Shown here piece after piece: positions 15,217-24,321 of a DNA stretch of 26,654 nucleotides (positions are counted from its first letter, which is position 1; each line of letters starts with the position of its first letter). This DNA is from a virus (lineage: Duplodnaviria > Caudoviricetes): the IMG/VR virus record IMGVR_UViG_3300009550_000733, positions 1-26,654 of that record; one strand, 5' to 3'. The notes beneath the pieces were generated by a model. The model ran no database searches and had not been told where the DNA came from. It saw nothing but the letters and a program-made list of their open reading frames with translations. The translations under genes were made by a program, and so were the position numbers.

Positions 15217-15484
15217 GGAGCTAAAGGTTAAAATAATTGAAGCAGGTAGAAAAGCCGTAGAGCAACTTATTAAGGTTGCTCGGGAGGATATTATAAAGCC
15301 TGATCCTGAAGATGAGCTTGCCGCGGATCGTTTAAAAAATGCAGCGGCTACAAAAAAATTAGCCATATTTGATGCATTTGATATATTAAGTAAAATAGAT
15401 CAAGAACAAGAAAATATATCTAGTATTACTAGCGAAGATAAAACATCAACAAAACAAGGATTTGCAGAAAGACGCTCTAAATAA
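15206..15484 (+). CDS. Small helical protein, probable terminase small subunit
   Basis: 92 aa, immediately upstream of and overlapping TerL; assignment is positional. Confidence 0.5.
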   Translation: MKSEELKVKIIEAGRKAVEQLIKVAREDIIKPDPEDELAADRLKNAAATKKLAIFDAFDILSKIDQEQENISSITSEDKTSTKQGFAERRSK

Positions 15485-17708
15485 TTTATATCAAAAACTT
15501 GAGGATTATATTCCTAAGGCTGTGCTAGCTAAAAAAAACAAAGCGCGCACATGGCTTTATGGATATAATGAAAAGTATGATGTAGTAGTTATTAGTAGAA
15601 GTGGTGAGATAAAGGATGTGATAAACATAAACGGTTTGTGTATAGCCCTGCCTAAACCTCCTAAAGAAATTATAAAGAACTCCCAAAAAAATCACACTCA
15701 ATATTGGGAAAGAAAAGAACTTCCCAAAGAGCTTTCTCGTATTCAATCTATTTTTCAATGGAATGAAATGCCAACTCCATTTAAATCTAAATGGGTAGAC
15801 TATATAGAAACAGAGTTTGACAAAAGAGAATTAGGGCATTGGTTTTATAACAATGGTACACCTACCTATATTACTGGATCTCACTATATGTACCTTCAGT
15901 GGACCAATATTGATGTAGGTTTTCCAGACTTTAGAGAAGCGAATCGTATTTTCTTTTTGTATTGGGAGGCGTGTAAGGCAGATAACAGATGTTTTGGATT
16001 AGACTATCTTAAAATAAGAAGATCGGGGTTTTCATTTATGGGGTCATCAGAGTGTGTTAATACAGGAACTCTAGCAAAAGACTCTAGAGTAGGTATTCTT
16101 TCTAAGACAGGATCGGATGCCAAGAAAATGTTTACCGATAAAGTAGTTCCTATTGCAAATAGGTTGCCTTTCTTTTTTAAGCCTATACAAGATGGAATGG
16201 ATAAGCCTAAAACAGAATTAGCTTTTAGAATCCCCGCCTCAAAGATTACTAAAAAAAACATGTATGACACGGTAGATGAAGAGTTGTTCGGTCTAGACAC
16301 TACTATTGATTGGAAAAATACAGACGATAACTCTTATGACGGTGAAAAACTTTTACTTCTAGTTCACGATGAAAGCGGTAAATGGATTAAGCCTAATAAT
16401 ATTTTAAACAACTGGAGGGTAACTAAAACTTGTTTGAGGTTGGGAAGTAAAATTATAGGCAAATGTATGATGGGCTCTACCTCTAATGCGTTAAATAAAG
16501 GGGGTAATAATTTTAAAAAGTTATACGAAGATTCAAATATAGCGCAGCGTAACTCCAACGGCCAAACTAAAAGCGGGTTATACAGTTTGTTTATACCTAT
16601 GGAGTGGAACATGGAGGGGTTTATAGATATTTACGGGATGCCTGTTTTTTATAAACCATCTAAACCTATAAAGGGGGTAGACGGGGAGTGGATAAAAAAT
16701 GGAGCAATAGACTATTGGAAAGCTGAAGTAGATTCTTTAAAAAAAGACCCAGATGCTTTAAATGAATTTTATCGTCAGTTTCCACGCAGCGAATCCCACG
16801 CGTTTAGAGATGAAAGCAAAGGGTCGTTATTTAATCTAACAAAAATATACCAACAAATAGACTACAACGATTCTTTAGTTATGGAACACCATGTAACCCA
16901 AGGGAAGTTTTATTGGAAGGATGGCAAAAAAGATACGGAGGTAATATGGACTCCTGATAACAGAGGTAGGTTTAAGATAACTTGGTCGCCTAATAAACAT
17001 TTACAAAATCAAAAAATACAAAAGAATAATTCCTTTTATCCTGTAAATGAACATATTGGAGCATTTGGATGCGACTCTTATGATATCTCAGGAACTGTAG
17101 GTGGCAGGGGATCTAATGGATCTTTGCATGGGCTAACTAAATTTAGCATGGATGAAGCTCCTAGTAATGAGTTTTTTTTAGAATACATAGCTAGACCTCA
17201 AACGGCAGAGATATTTTTTGAAGAGGTTCTTATGGCTTGTGTATATTACAGTATGCCAATACTAGTAGAAAACAATAAACCTAGGCTTTTATATCATTTT
17301 AAAAACAGGGGGTATAGAGGGTTTTGTATGAACAGACCAGATAAACATTACACTAAACTTTCTAAAACTGAAAAAGAATTAGGAGGGATACCTAACACCT
17401 CGGAGGATGTAAAACAATCGCACGCCGCAGCTATAGAATCTTACATTGAAAAACACATAGGATTAGATTTAGAATCAACCTATAGAGCTGCAGACGAAAT
17501 CGGGTCAATGTATTTTACTAGAACTTTGGATGACTGGGCAAAATTTGACGTAAGCAATAGAACTAAATTTGATGCGAGTATAAGCTCTGGATTAGCGGTA
17601 ATGGCAAATCAAAAAGGTATATATTTACCTGAGAAAAAACAATCCAAAATAAGTCTTAACTTTGCAAGATATACTAATGAAGGAATTTTAAGTGAATTAA
17701 TTAGATGA
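15462..17708 (+). CDS. terL: Terminase large subunit
   Basis: Walker A-like LKIRRSGFS, Walker B LLLVHDESGK, motif III MGST, RNase H-like AFGCDSYD, LVENN and KFDASISSG; TTG start uncertain. Confidence 0.9.
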   Translation: MQKDALNNLYQKLEDYIPKAVLAKKNKARTWLYGYNEKYDVVVISRSGEIKDVININGLCIALPKPPKEIIKNSQKNHTQYWERKELPKELSRIQSIFQWNEMPTPFKSKWVDYIETEFDKRELGHWFYNNGTPTYITGSHYMYLQWTNIDVGFPDFREANRIFFLYWEACKADNRCFGLDYLKIRRSGFSFMGSSECVNTGTLAKDSRVGILSKTGSDAKKMFTDKVVPIANRLPFFFKPIQDGMDKPKTELAFRIPASKITKKNMYDTVDEELFGLDTTIDWKNTDDNSYDGEKLLLLVHDESGKWIKPNNILNNWRVTKTCLRLGSKIIGKCMMGSTSNALNKGGNNFKKLYEDSNIAQRNSNGQTKSGLYSLFIPMEWNMEGFIDIYGMPVFYKPSKPIKGVDGEWIKNGAIDYWKAEVDSLKKDPDALNEFYRQFPRSESHAFRDESKGSLFNLTKIYQQIDYNDSLVMEHHVTQGKFYWKDGKKDTEVIWTPDNRGRFKITWSPNKHLQNQKIQKNNSFYPVNEHIGAFGCDSYDISGTVGGRGSNGSLHGLTKFSMDEAPSNEFFLEYIARPQTAEIFFEEVLMACVYYSMPILVENNKPRLLYHFKNRGYRGFCMNRPDKHYTKLSKTEKELGGIPNTSEDVKQSHAAAIESYIEKHIGLDLESTYRAADEIGSMYFTRTLDDWAKFDVSNRTKFDASISSGLAVMANQKGIYLPEKKQSKISLNFARYTNEGILSELIR

Positions 17709-20140
17709 AAGAAGTTAAAATAGACATTTCATCTGTAGGCTTTCCAAGTCAATATGTTTCAGACGCGGAAAAAGCAACTGAACAATATGGGCTACAGATA
17801 GGTCAAGCCATCCAATATGAGTGGTTTAGAAAAGATTCAAACGGATGCAGATATTATTCTCAATGGCGCGACTTTAACAGATTAAGATTATACGCACGGG
17901 GCGAACAGTCAATAGCTAAATACAAAAATGAATTAGCTGTAGACGGAGATTTGTCATATCTAAATTTAGACTGGACACCAGTTCCTATAATTGCTAAGTT
18001 TGTCGACATAGTTGTTAACGGAATGTCCGATCGTTTGTTTAAAGTCAAAGCCTATGCTCAAGATGCGCTTTCACAAGCCAAGCGTAGTAAGTATCAAGAT
18101 ATGATAGAGGGCCAAATGGCTGCCAAAGAAGTTTTACAAACCGTGCAAGAGCAAACCGGTTTTGATCCTTTTATTATGGATCCTAATGAACTGCCATCTT
18201 CTGACGAGGAGCTTTCATTATACATGAATTTAAATTATAAGCCTGCTATAGAAATTGCCGAAGAACAAGCGATTGATACCATGTTTGCTGAAAGTCATTA
18301 TCAAGACATTCGCAAAAGATTGGATTATGACATGATGGTAACGGGAATGGCGGTTGCCAAACATGAGTTTTTACCTGGAGCAGGAGTAGAAGTAAAGTAT
18401 GTTGATCCTGCTAATGTAGTATATAGTTATACAGAAGATCCACATTTCAAAGATTGTTTTTACTGGGGAGAAATTAAAACGGTGGCAATAACGGAGCTTG
18501 TTAAAATAGACCCTACCCTTACAAGAGAAGATTTAGAGAAAATTGCTCAGTACAGCCAAAGCTGGTATGATTATTTTAATACTGCTCAGTATTATGAAAA
18601 TGATATTTTCTACAGAGATACATGCACCCTCATGTATTTTAATTATAAGACCACGCAAAAGATGGTTTATAAGAAAAAGAAAATGGATAATGGCAACTCT
18701 AAGATGATTGAAAAAGATGACACCTTCAATCCACCAGATGAAATGCTTGAAGACGGTAATTTTGAAAAAATAGAAAAGACTATTGATGTTTGGTATGACG
18801 GAGTAATGGTGATGGGAACAAATATTCTTTTAAAATGGGAGCTCGCTAAAAACATGGTTAGACCTAAGTCTAGTTCTCAACACGCTTTGCCTAATTATGT
18901 AGCGGTTGCCCCTAGAATGTACAAAGGAGTTATAGAGTCGCTAGTTAGACGAATGATTCCTTTTGCTGATTTAATACAAATGACTCATTTAAAGCTTCAG
19001 CAAGTAATAGCACGAACAGTACCTGATGGTGTGTATATAGATGCAGATGGACTCAATGAAGTAGATTTAGGGACAGGACAAGGATATAACCCCGAGGATG
19101 CTCTAAGATTGTACTTTCAAACAGGTAGTGTCATCGGTAGAAGTTATACTCAAGAAGGGGATTACAACCAAGGTAAAGTTCCTATACAGCAGCTCACAAG
19201 CAATTCGGGCGCTTCTAAGACACAAATGCTCATAGCTAACTATAACCACTACTTAGACATGATGAGGGCTGTAACGGGCTTAAATGAAGCCAGAGACGGA
19301 TCTACACCTAGTCCTGATGCTTTAGTAGGGGTACAAAAATTAGCTGCTTTAAATTCAAACACCGCTACGCGCCATATATTAGACGGAAGTATTTACATAT
19401 ATCGCACACTAGCAGAGGCTTTGACATATAGAGTAGCTGACGTATTAGAGTATGCTGACTTTAAAGATGACTTTATAAACAAAATTGGAAAATACAATGT
19501 AAGTATACTTAAAGAAATATCTGATTTATATATATATGACTTTGGGGTGTTTATTGAGCTATCTCCAGATGAAGAGCAACAAGCCATGTTAGAACAAAAC
19601 ATACAAATGGCTTTATCTAAAGGGGATATTAATCTTGAGGATGCAATTGATATTAGAGAGATAAGAAATCTTAAGCTTGCTAATCAACTTTTGAAGGTTA
19701 AAAGAAAAGCTAAACAAGAGCAAGACGAGCAAAGAGAAATGCAAAAACAAGCAATGATTGCGCAACAGCAATTTAAATCTCAAGAGATAGCTTCTCAAGC
19801 AGCATTACAAAAAATTGACGCAGAAACTCAATCTAAAATGCAATATAAACAAGCAGAGATTGCTTTTGAAATAGAGCGTAATAAAAGTGAAGCTCAGTTA
19901 AAATCTCAATTAATGCAACAAGAGTTTCAATATAACTTACAACTTCGCAATATAGATGGTCAAGCCTTAGCTAGTAGAGAGCAAGCAAGGGAAAAAGGCA
20001 AGAGTGAAAGAATCAGTCAGCAAAATACAGAACAGTCAAAACTTATTACCCAACGTAAAAATAATTTACCTCCTCAAAACTTTGAATCTAATGAGGATTC
20101 GCTTGATGGATTTGACTTAGCTGAGTTTGAACCTCGGTAA
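17705..20140 (+). CDS. Portal protein
   Basis: 811 aa, ATGA-coupled to terL; PIIAKFVDIVVNG and AVTGLNEARDG segments; long Q-rich C-terminal coiled coil as in podophage portals. Confidence 0.85.
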   Translation: MKEVKIDISSVGFPSQYVSDAEKATEQYGLQIGQAIQYEWFRKDSNGCRYYSQWRDFNRLRLYARGEQSIAKYKNELAVDGDLSYLNLDWTPVPIIAKFVDIVVNGMSDRLFKVKAYAQDALSQAKRSKYQDMIEGQMAAKEVLQTVQEQTGFDPFIMDPNELPSSDEELSLYMNLNYKPAIEIAEEQAIDTMFAESHYQDIRKRLDYDMMVTGMAVAKHEFLPGAGVEVKYVDPANVVYSYTEDPHFKDCFYWGEIKTVAITELVKIDPTLTREDLEKIAQYSQSWYDYFNTAQYYENDIFYRDTCTLMYFNYKTTQKMVYKKKKMDNGNSKMIEKDDTFNPPDEMLEDGNFEKIEKTIDVWYDGVMVMGTNILLKWELAKNMVRPKSSSQHALPNYVAVAPRMYKGVIESLVRRMIPFADLIQMTHLKLQQVIARTVPDGVYIDADGLNEVDLGTGQGYNPEDALRLYFQTGSVIGRSYTQEGDYNQGKVPIQQLTSNSGASKTQMLIANYNHYLDMMRAVTGLNEARDGSTPSPDALVGVQKLAALNSNTATRHILDGSIYIYRTLAEALTYRVADVLEYADFKDDFINKIGKYNVSILKEISDLYIYDFGVFIELSPDEEQQAMLEQNIQMALSKGDINLEDAIDIREIRNLKLANQLLKVKRKAKQEQDEQREMQKQAMIAQQQFKSQEIASQAALQKIDAETQSKMQYKQAEIAFEIERNKSEAQLKSQLMQQEFQYNLQLRNIDGQALASREQAREKGKSERISQQNTEQSKLITQRKNNLPPQNFESNEDSLDGFDLAEFEPR

Positions 20141-20160
20141 AAGTGTGTTCATATTTTGTT

Positions 20161-20168
20161 TAACTTTG
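20161..20168 (+). promoter_or_regulatory. TAnnTTTG promoter for scaffold/capsid genes
   Basis: TAACTTTG, 15 nt before ATG 20184. Confidence 0.6.
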
Positions 20169-20183
20169 TAAAAATTTAATCTA

Positions 20184-21347
20184 ATGGAAATAAAAGTAAG
20201 AGAAATGTCTGAAGTTGAAAGCAAATCAACTCAGCAAGTGGAACAAGAATTGCTTGACAAACATGAAGAAAAACAAGCAAGTCCAGAAAAAGAAGAACCA
20301 ACTGAAAAGGTTGAGATAGCTAAAGTAGAGGATTCTCCCGCAGAGGCTAAAGTACAACCAGAAGAAAATAAAACAGAACAAGCTCCTGTAGTAGATGCAA
20401 CAGAACAATCTGTCGAGCCTTCGGAGTTAAATGAAGAGGACGTTCTTTCATATATTGGAAAACGATACGGTAAGCAAATAAACTCATTAGAAGAGTTAAC
20501 GGCAGAACGAGAAGAAGCCGAACCTTTACCTAGTGATGTTGCTGCTTATTTTAAGTATAAAAAAGAAACAGGCCGTGGATTAGATGATTACGTTAAATTA
20601 CAAAAAGATTATTCTAATCTTGACGGCGATTCTTTGCTAAGAGAATATTATTCTATTACAGAAGAAGGGTTAGACCCAGAAGATATCTCCTTAATGATGG
20701 AAGATTTTAACTATGACGAAGAGGTTGATGAGCCCGCGGTAGTTAAGAAAAATAAATTAGCAAAGAAAAAAGAAATTGCCAAAGCGAAAAAATTCTTTAC
20801 ACAACAACAGGAGCTGTATAAACAGCCTCTTGAGTCAAGAGAAAGTTCTGCTACTGCTAATCAAGAAGTTCAAGCTTATAGGCAATATTTAAGTGAGGCT
20901 AAAACCCAGCAAGAGGAATCAGTCAAACGAAGTGAGTGGTTTGTTCAGAAAAGCAATGAAGTTTTCAGCCCTGAATTTAAAGGTTTTAAATTTAAGGTTA
21001 ACGACACTGACATAGTTTATTCCCCTGCAAGTAGCGCTGAGTTAAAAAAAGCTCAAGAGACTCCAATGAATTTTGTAAATAAATATTTGGATTCTAATGG
21101 ACTTTTAACTGACGCAGAAGGTTACCATAGGTCTTTAGCTATTGCAATGAATCCTGAGAGATTTGCTCAGTTCTTTTTTGAACAAGGTCAATCTCAAGCG
21201 ACGGAAAATGTAATGCGTAAAACTAAAAATGTAGACATGAGTGAGCGCAGTACACCGCAAGTTGCTACCAAGGGAGGATTGCAAGTAAAATCAGTGTCTC
21301 AACCATCGAGTCGAGGGCTAAAAATTAAGAGTATTAAAAAAATATAA
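20184..21347 (+). CDS. Probable capsid scaffolding protein
   Basis: Very acidic, low-complexity N-terminus, helical body, basic C-terminal tip; lies between portal and MCP. Confidence 0.65.
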   Translation: MEIKVREMSEVESKSTQQVEQELLDKHEEKQASPEKEEPTEKVEIAKVEDSPAEAKVQPEENKTEQAPVVDATEQSVEPSELNEEDVLSYIGKRYGKQINSLEELTAEREEAEPLPSDVAAYFKYKKETGRGLDDYVKLQKDYSNLDGDSLLREYYSITEEGLDPEDISLMMEDFNYDEEVDEPAVVKKNKLAKKKEIAKAKKFFTQQQELYKQPLESRESSATANQEVQAYRQYLSEAKTQQEESVKRSEWFVQKSNEVFSPEFKGFKFKVNDTDIVYSPASSAELKKAQETPMNFVNKYLDSNGLLTDAEGYHRSLAIAMNPERFAQFFFEQGQSQATENVMRKTKNVDMSERSTPQVATKGGLQVKSVSQPSSRGLKIKSIKKI

Positions 21348-21366
21348 AAATTAAAAATTAGAAATT

Positions 21367-22833
21367 ATGGCAGGAGCAGTAAATGCAATTCCTACTTTTG
21401 CGTTAACGCCGAGTTCGGAAAGAACTCCTACAACGGAAAACTATATAACTAACTTTGACTTTTTGAATCAGTATCTACCTGATACTTATGAAAAAGAGTT
21501 TGAGCGTTATGGGAACAGAACTATATCTTCTTTCTTACGAATGGTAGGAGCGGAGATGCCTACTAACTCTGACCTTATTAAATGGGCAGAACAAGGTAGA
21601 TTACACACAAAATATACATCAGTTGGATCAGGAGCGGCTAACGCAGCTACATCTGGTACATTTAGAATAAACGATACGCTTGTCCCTACAACTGCAGAGC
21701 AAGTTGTAAGAATTGGACAAACAGTAGCAATCGTACAAAATGACGGATCAGGAATTAACAAAGCTGTTGTAACATCAGTTACGGCTCCAACAGGAGCAAA
21801 CGGCGCAGGTGAATTTGTAGCGTCTTTTTACGAAGCTGGAGGTTATGTTGGAAATGTAGGTGGCGCAGCTGCCGCTACAGACACTAACCTTACTGTGTTT
21901 ATTTACGGATCTGAATTTAGAAAAGGAACAGCAGGAATGGTTGGTTCTCTTGAGTCTGAAGATTTTATCTTTGACAACAAGCCGATTATCATTAAAGATA
22001 CTTACACTGTATCTGGATCTGATATGGCGCAAATTGGATGGGTAGAAATTACTACTGAAGACGGAGCAACTGGATACCTATGGTATTTAAAATCTGAGCA
22101 TGAAACAAGACTTAGATTTGACGATTATCTTGAAACTGCAATGATTGAAGCTGTACCAGCAGAAGTTGGTTCAGGTGCTATTACCGCTCTTGGTATAGCA
22201 GGAACAGCGGGAACTGCAGGATCAGATGGTATTTTCTATTCAGTACAACAAAGAGGAAACATTTGGGATGGTGGAAATCCAACAACTCTAGCTGACTTTG
22301 ATTCTATTATCAGCAGATTAGATAAGCAAGGATCAATCGAAGAAAATGTTATCTTCCTAGATAGACAATTTGGTTTTGATATAGACGATATGTTAGCTGC
22401 ACAAAACTCTTACGGAGTTGGTGGTACTTCTTATGGTTTATTTGACAATGATGAAGAAATGGCTTTAAATCTTGGATTCTCTGGATTCAGAAGAGGTTAT
22501 GACTTCTACAAAACTGATTGGAAATATCTAAACGACCCAACAATGAGAGGTGGTTTACCAACAGGAGCAGGTTCAGGACGTATTAACGGACTACTTGTAC
22601 CCGCTGGTTCTACTAGTGTTTATGACCAAATCCTTGGTAAAAACGCTAAGAGACCTTTCTTACATGTTAGATATAGAGCTTCTGAAACAGAAGACAGACG
22701 TTACAAAACTTGGATTACTGGTTCAGCCGGAGGTGCAAGAACTAGCGATATAGATAACATGCAAGTTAATTTCTTGTCTGAAAGAGCTGTATGTACTTTA
22801 GGTGCTAACAACTTCTTTATCTTCCAAGAATAG
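21367..22833 (+). CDS. Major capsid protein
   Basis: 488 aa after the scaffold and before a strong terminator; QYLPD.YEKEFERYG, WAEQGRLH and NFLSERA pattern of Bacteroidota phage MCPs. Confidence 0.85.
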   Translation: MAGAVNAIPTFALTPSSERTPTTENYITNFDFLNQYLPDTYEKEFERYGNRTISSFLRMVGAEMPTNSDLIKWAEQGRLHTKYTSVGSGAANAATSGTFRINDTLVPTTAEQVVRIGQTVAIVQNDGSGINKAVVTSVTAPTGANGAGEFVASFYEAGGYVGNVGGAAAATDTNLTVFIYGSEFRKGTAGMVGSLESEDFIFDNKPIIIKDTYTVSGSDMAQIGWVEITTEDGATGYLWYLKSEHETRLRFDDYLETAMIEAVPAEVGSGAITALGIAGTAGTAGSDGIFYSVQQRGNIWDGGNPTTLADFDSIISRLDKQGSIEENVIFLDRQFGFDIDDMLAAQNSYGVGGTSYGLFDNDEEMALNLGFSGFRRGYDFYKTDWKYLNDPTMRGGLPTGAGSGRINGLLVPAGSTSVYDQILGKNAKRPFLHVRYRASETEDRRYKTWITGSAGGARTSDIDNMQVNFLSERAVCTLGANNFFIFQE

Positions 22834-22847
22834 TAGATTACTTTATT

Positions 22848-22874
22848 AAAGGGGGTTTAATCGCCCCCTTTTTT
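22848..22874 (+). terminator. Rho-independent terminator after MCP
   Basis: AAAGGGGG-TTTAATCG-CCCCCTTTTTT. Confidence 0.85.
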
Positions 22875-22906
22875 ATAAATTATAAATTAAATTAAATTTA
22901 AATATT

Positions 22907-23659
22907 ATGAAAAGCACACAAACTTTTAAGTCAAAGTCATATAGACTAACTAGGGAAAATGCTCCGCTATCCCTTATCTTAGCGTCGAGACACACCCAAA
23001 GATATCCTTTACTATATTTTGATGAAGCCACTGGGGTTAACAAACCTTTAAGATATGCTCGTAATCAAAAAAGTCCGTTTCAAGACGAACAAGATGAGAC
23101 GGCTATTTTAGAACCTATTATTTTTGAAGATGGTTTTTTAACGGTTGACAAAACCAATCAAGTTTTACAAAGGTTTTTAGAACTGCATCCAGGTAACGGA
23201 AGAACTTTTGTCGAGATAAACAAAGCAAAAGAAGCTGAACAAATTGTACAAAGTTTTAACCTAGAAGTTGACGCTCTTATAGAAGCGCGACAGTTAGAGC
23301 CAGATCAAGTAGAGAATGTCTCTAGAGTATTATTTCAAAAAGACGTTTCACGGGTATCACTCGAAGAACTTAAGAGAGATATTTTAATGTTTGCTAAAAA
23401 CAATCCACAAGATTTTATGACCTTACTCAAAGATCCTGCGCTTAAACTTAACGCTACAGTACAAGGATTTTTTGACAAAGGCTTGCTTTCTTTAAGAAAT
23501 AAAGACAAAGAGATATGGTATAATACAGCTTCTAATAAAAAGAAACTAATGAATGTTCCTTATGGAGAAGAGCCTTTATATATGGCAGTATCTTTTTTTC
23601 AAAGCGATGACGGGATCGAGTCGTTTAAGCATCTTAAAGAATTAGCCAAAAACACCTAG
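22907..23659 (+). CDS. Hypothetical protein downstream of MCP
   Basis: 250-aa ORF (LRYARNQKSPFQDEQ, IIFEDGFL) with a strongly A/T-rich leader. Confidence 0.8.
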   Translation: MKSTQTFKSKSYRLTRENAPLSLILASRHTQRYPLLYFDEATGVNKPLRYARNQKSPFQDEQDETAILEPIIFEDGFLTVDKTNQVLQRFLELHPGNGRTFVEINKAKEAEQIVQSFNLEVDALIEARQLEPDQVENVSRVLFQKDVSRVSLEELKRDILMFAKNNPQDFMTLLKDPALKLNATVQGFFDKGLLSLRNKDKEIWYNTASNKKKLMNVPYGEEPLYMAVSFFQSDDGIESFKHLKELAKNT

Positions 23660-23671
23660 GGATATTTATTG

Positions 23672-23679
23672 TATCTTTG
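23672..23679 (+). promoter_or_regulatory. TAnnTTTG promoter
   Basis: TATCTTTG, 27 nt before ATG 23707. Confidence 0.6.
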
Positions 23680-23706
23680 TTTTTTTAACACATAAAATTT
23701 TTTATT

Positions 23707-23982
23707 ATGAACAAGTATGCAAGTATCACCGTAGGCGGTGGAGTAGAGCAGTTCTCTGTAAAAGATGTAGCATCTTGCTATTTAGATAGTTCAGATGATA
23801 TTGTAATCGATTACATGGATGGTTCTCAAAGTAAAATTGCGTCAGGCTCGGCCTTAGTCCAAGCAGACGTAGACACCGTATTCGGTGTTATTAAAAGTGC
23901 TCAACAACAAAAATGGACTCAAGTATTATACAGTATACCGGGATTGAGCCAAACGGTAAACGCCTTTACATTCACCTTTTAA
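23707..23982 (+). CDS. Small putative virion protein A
   Basis: 91 aa; colinear similarity to 23995-24237. Confidence 0.7.
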   Translation: MNKYASITVGGGVEQFSVKDVASCYLDSSDDIVIDYMDGSQSKIASGSALVQADVDTVFGVIKSAQQQKWTQVLYSIPGLSQTVNAFTFTF

Positions 23983-23994
23983 ATCTTAGAAATT

Positions 23995-24237
23995 ATGAAT
24001 AAATTTTTAGTGATCGGAAATTATGTTTTTGGTGGCGATGTATTATACGTTGGATTAGTTACAAACAATATTGTTTTGAACTATCGTGACAAGCAAATAA
24101 CTTTAGCAGGTTCAGGAAATATGACAGCCGCAGACAAAACGGCTATCGAATCTGCTCTTGTAACTGTTTGGGGACAAGGTTATACTGACGCAACTATTAA
24201 CGTGACTCTAAGTCAAGCGATAACAACGATTTCATAA
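23995..24237 (+). CDS. Small putative virion protein B (paralogue of A)
   Basis: 80 aa; MNKF start, IVLNY.D and LSQAI segments mirror protein A. Confidence 0.7.
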   Translation: MNKFLVIGNYVFGGDVLYVGLVTNNIVLNYRDKQITLAGSGNMTAADKTAIESALVTVWGQGYTDATINVTLSQAITTIS

Positions 24238-24260
24238 AACTCGTTTTAGTCGATAATCTA

Positions 24261-24294
24261 AGAGGAGGTCAAAATCAATGACCTCTTTTTTTTT
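24261..24294 (+). terminator. Rho-independent terminator
   Basis: GAGGTCA (24265-24271) / TGACCTC (24279-24285) followed by T9. Confidence 0.85.
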
Positions 24295-24297
24295 GCG

Positions 24298-24305
24298 TAT
24301 CTTTG
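24298..24305 (+). promoter_or_regulatory. TAnnTTTG promoter for tail genes
   Basis: CGTATCTTTGTAC right after the terminator, 16 nt before ATG 24322. Confidence 0.65.
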
Positions 24306-24321
24306 TACAAACTGAAGTTCG

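Noticed and set aside
19030-19052. YIDADG in the portal resembling a LAGLIDADG homing endonuclease or intein motif
   Set aside because: Single short match with no intein splice-junction motifs and no second endonuclease motif; the flanks read as continuous portal sequence.
777-22032. Numerous minus-strand ORFs (e.g. 777, 1581, 2222, 3801-4863, 5471, 5711, 7707-8747, 10217, 13202, 13336, 15525-19798, 20226, 21507, 21775)
   Set aside because: They are antisense shadows of well-supported + strand genes; the Pro-rich ones simply mirror Gly codons.
8453-22753. Alternative-frame + strand ORFs at 8453, 9565, 21860 and 22550
   Set aside because: They lie wholly or almost wholly within strong genes and show no recognisable motifs or start context.
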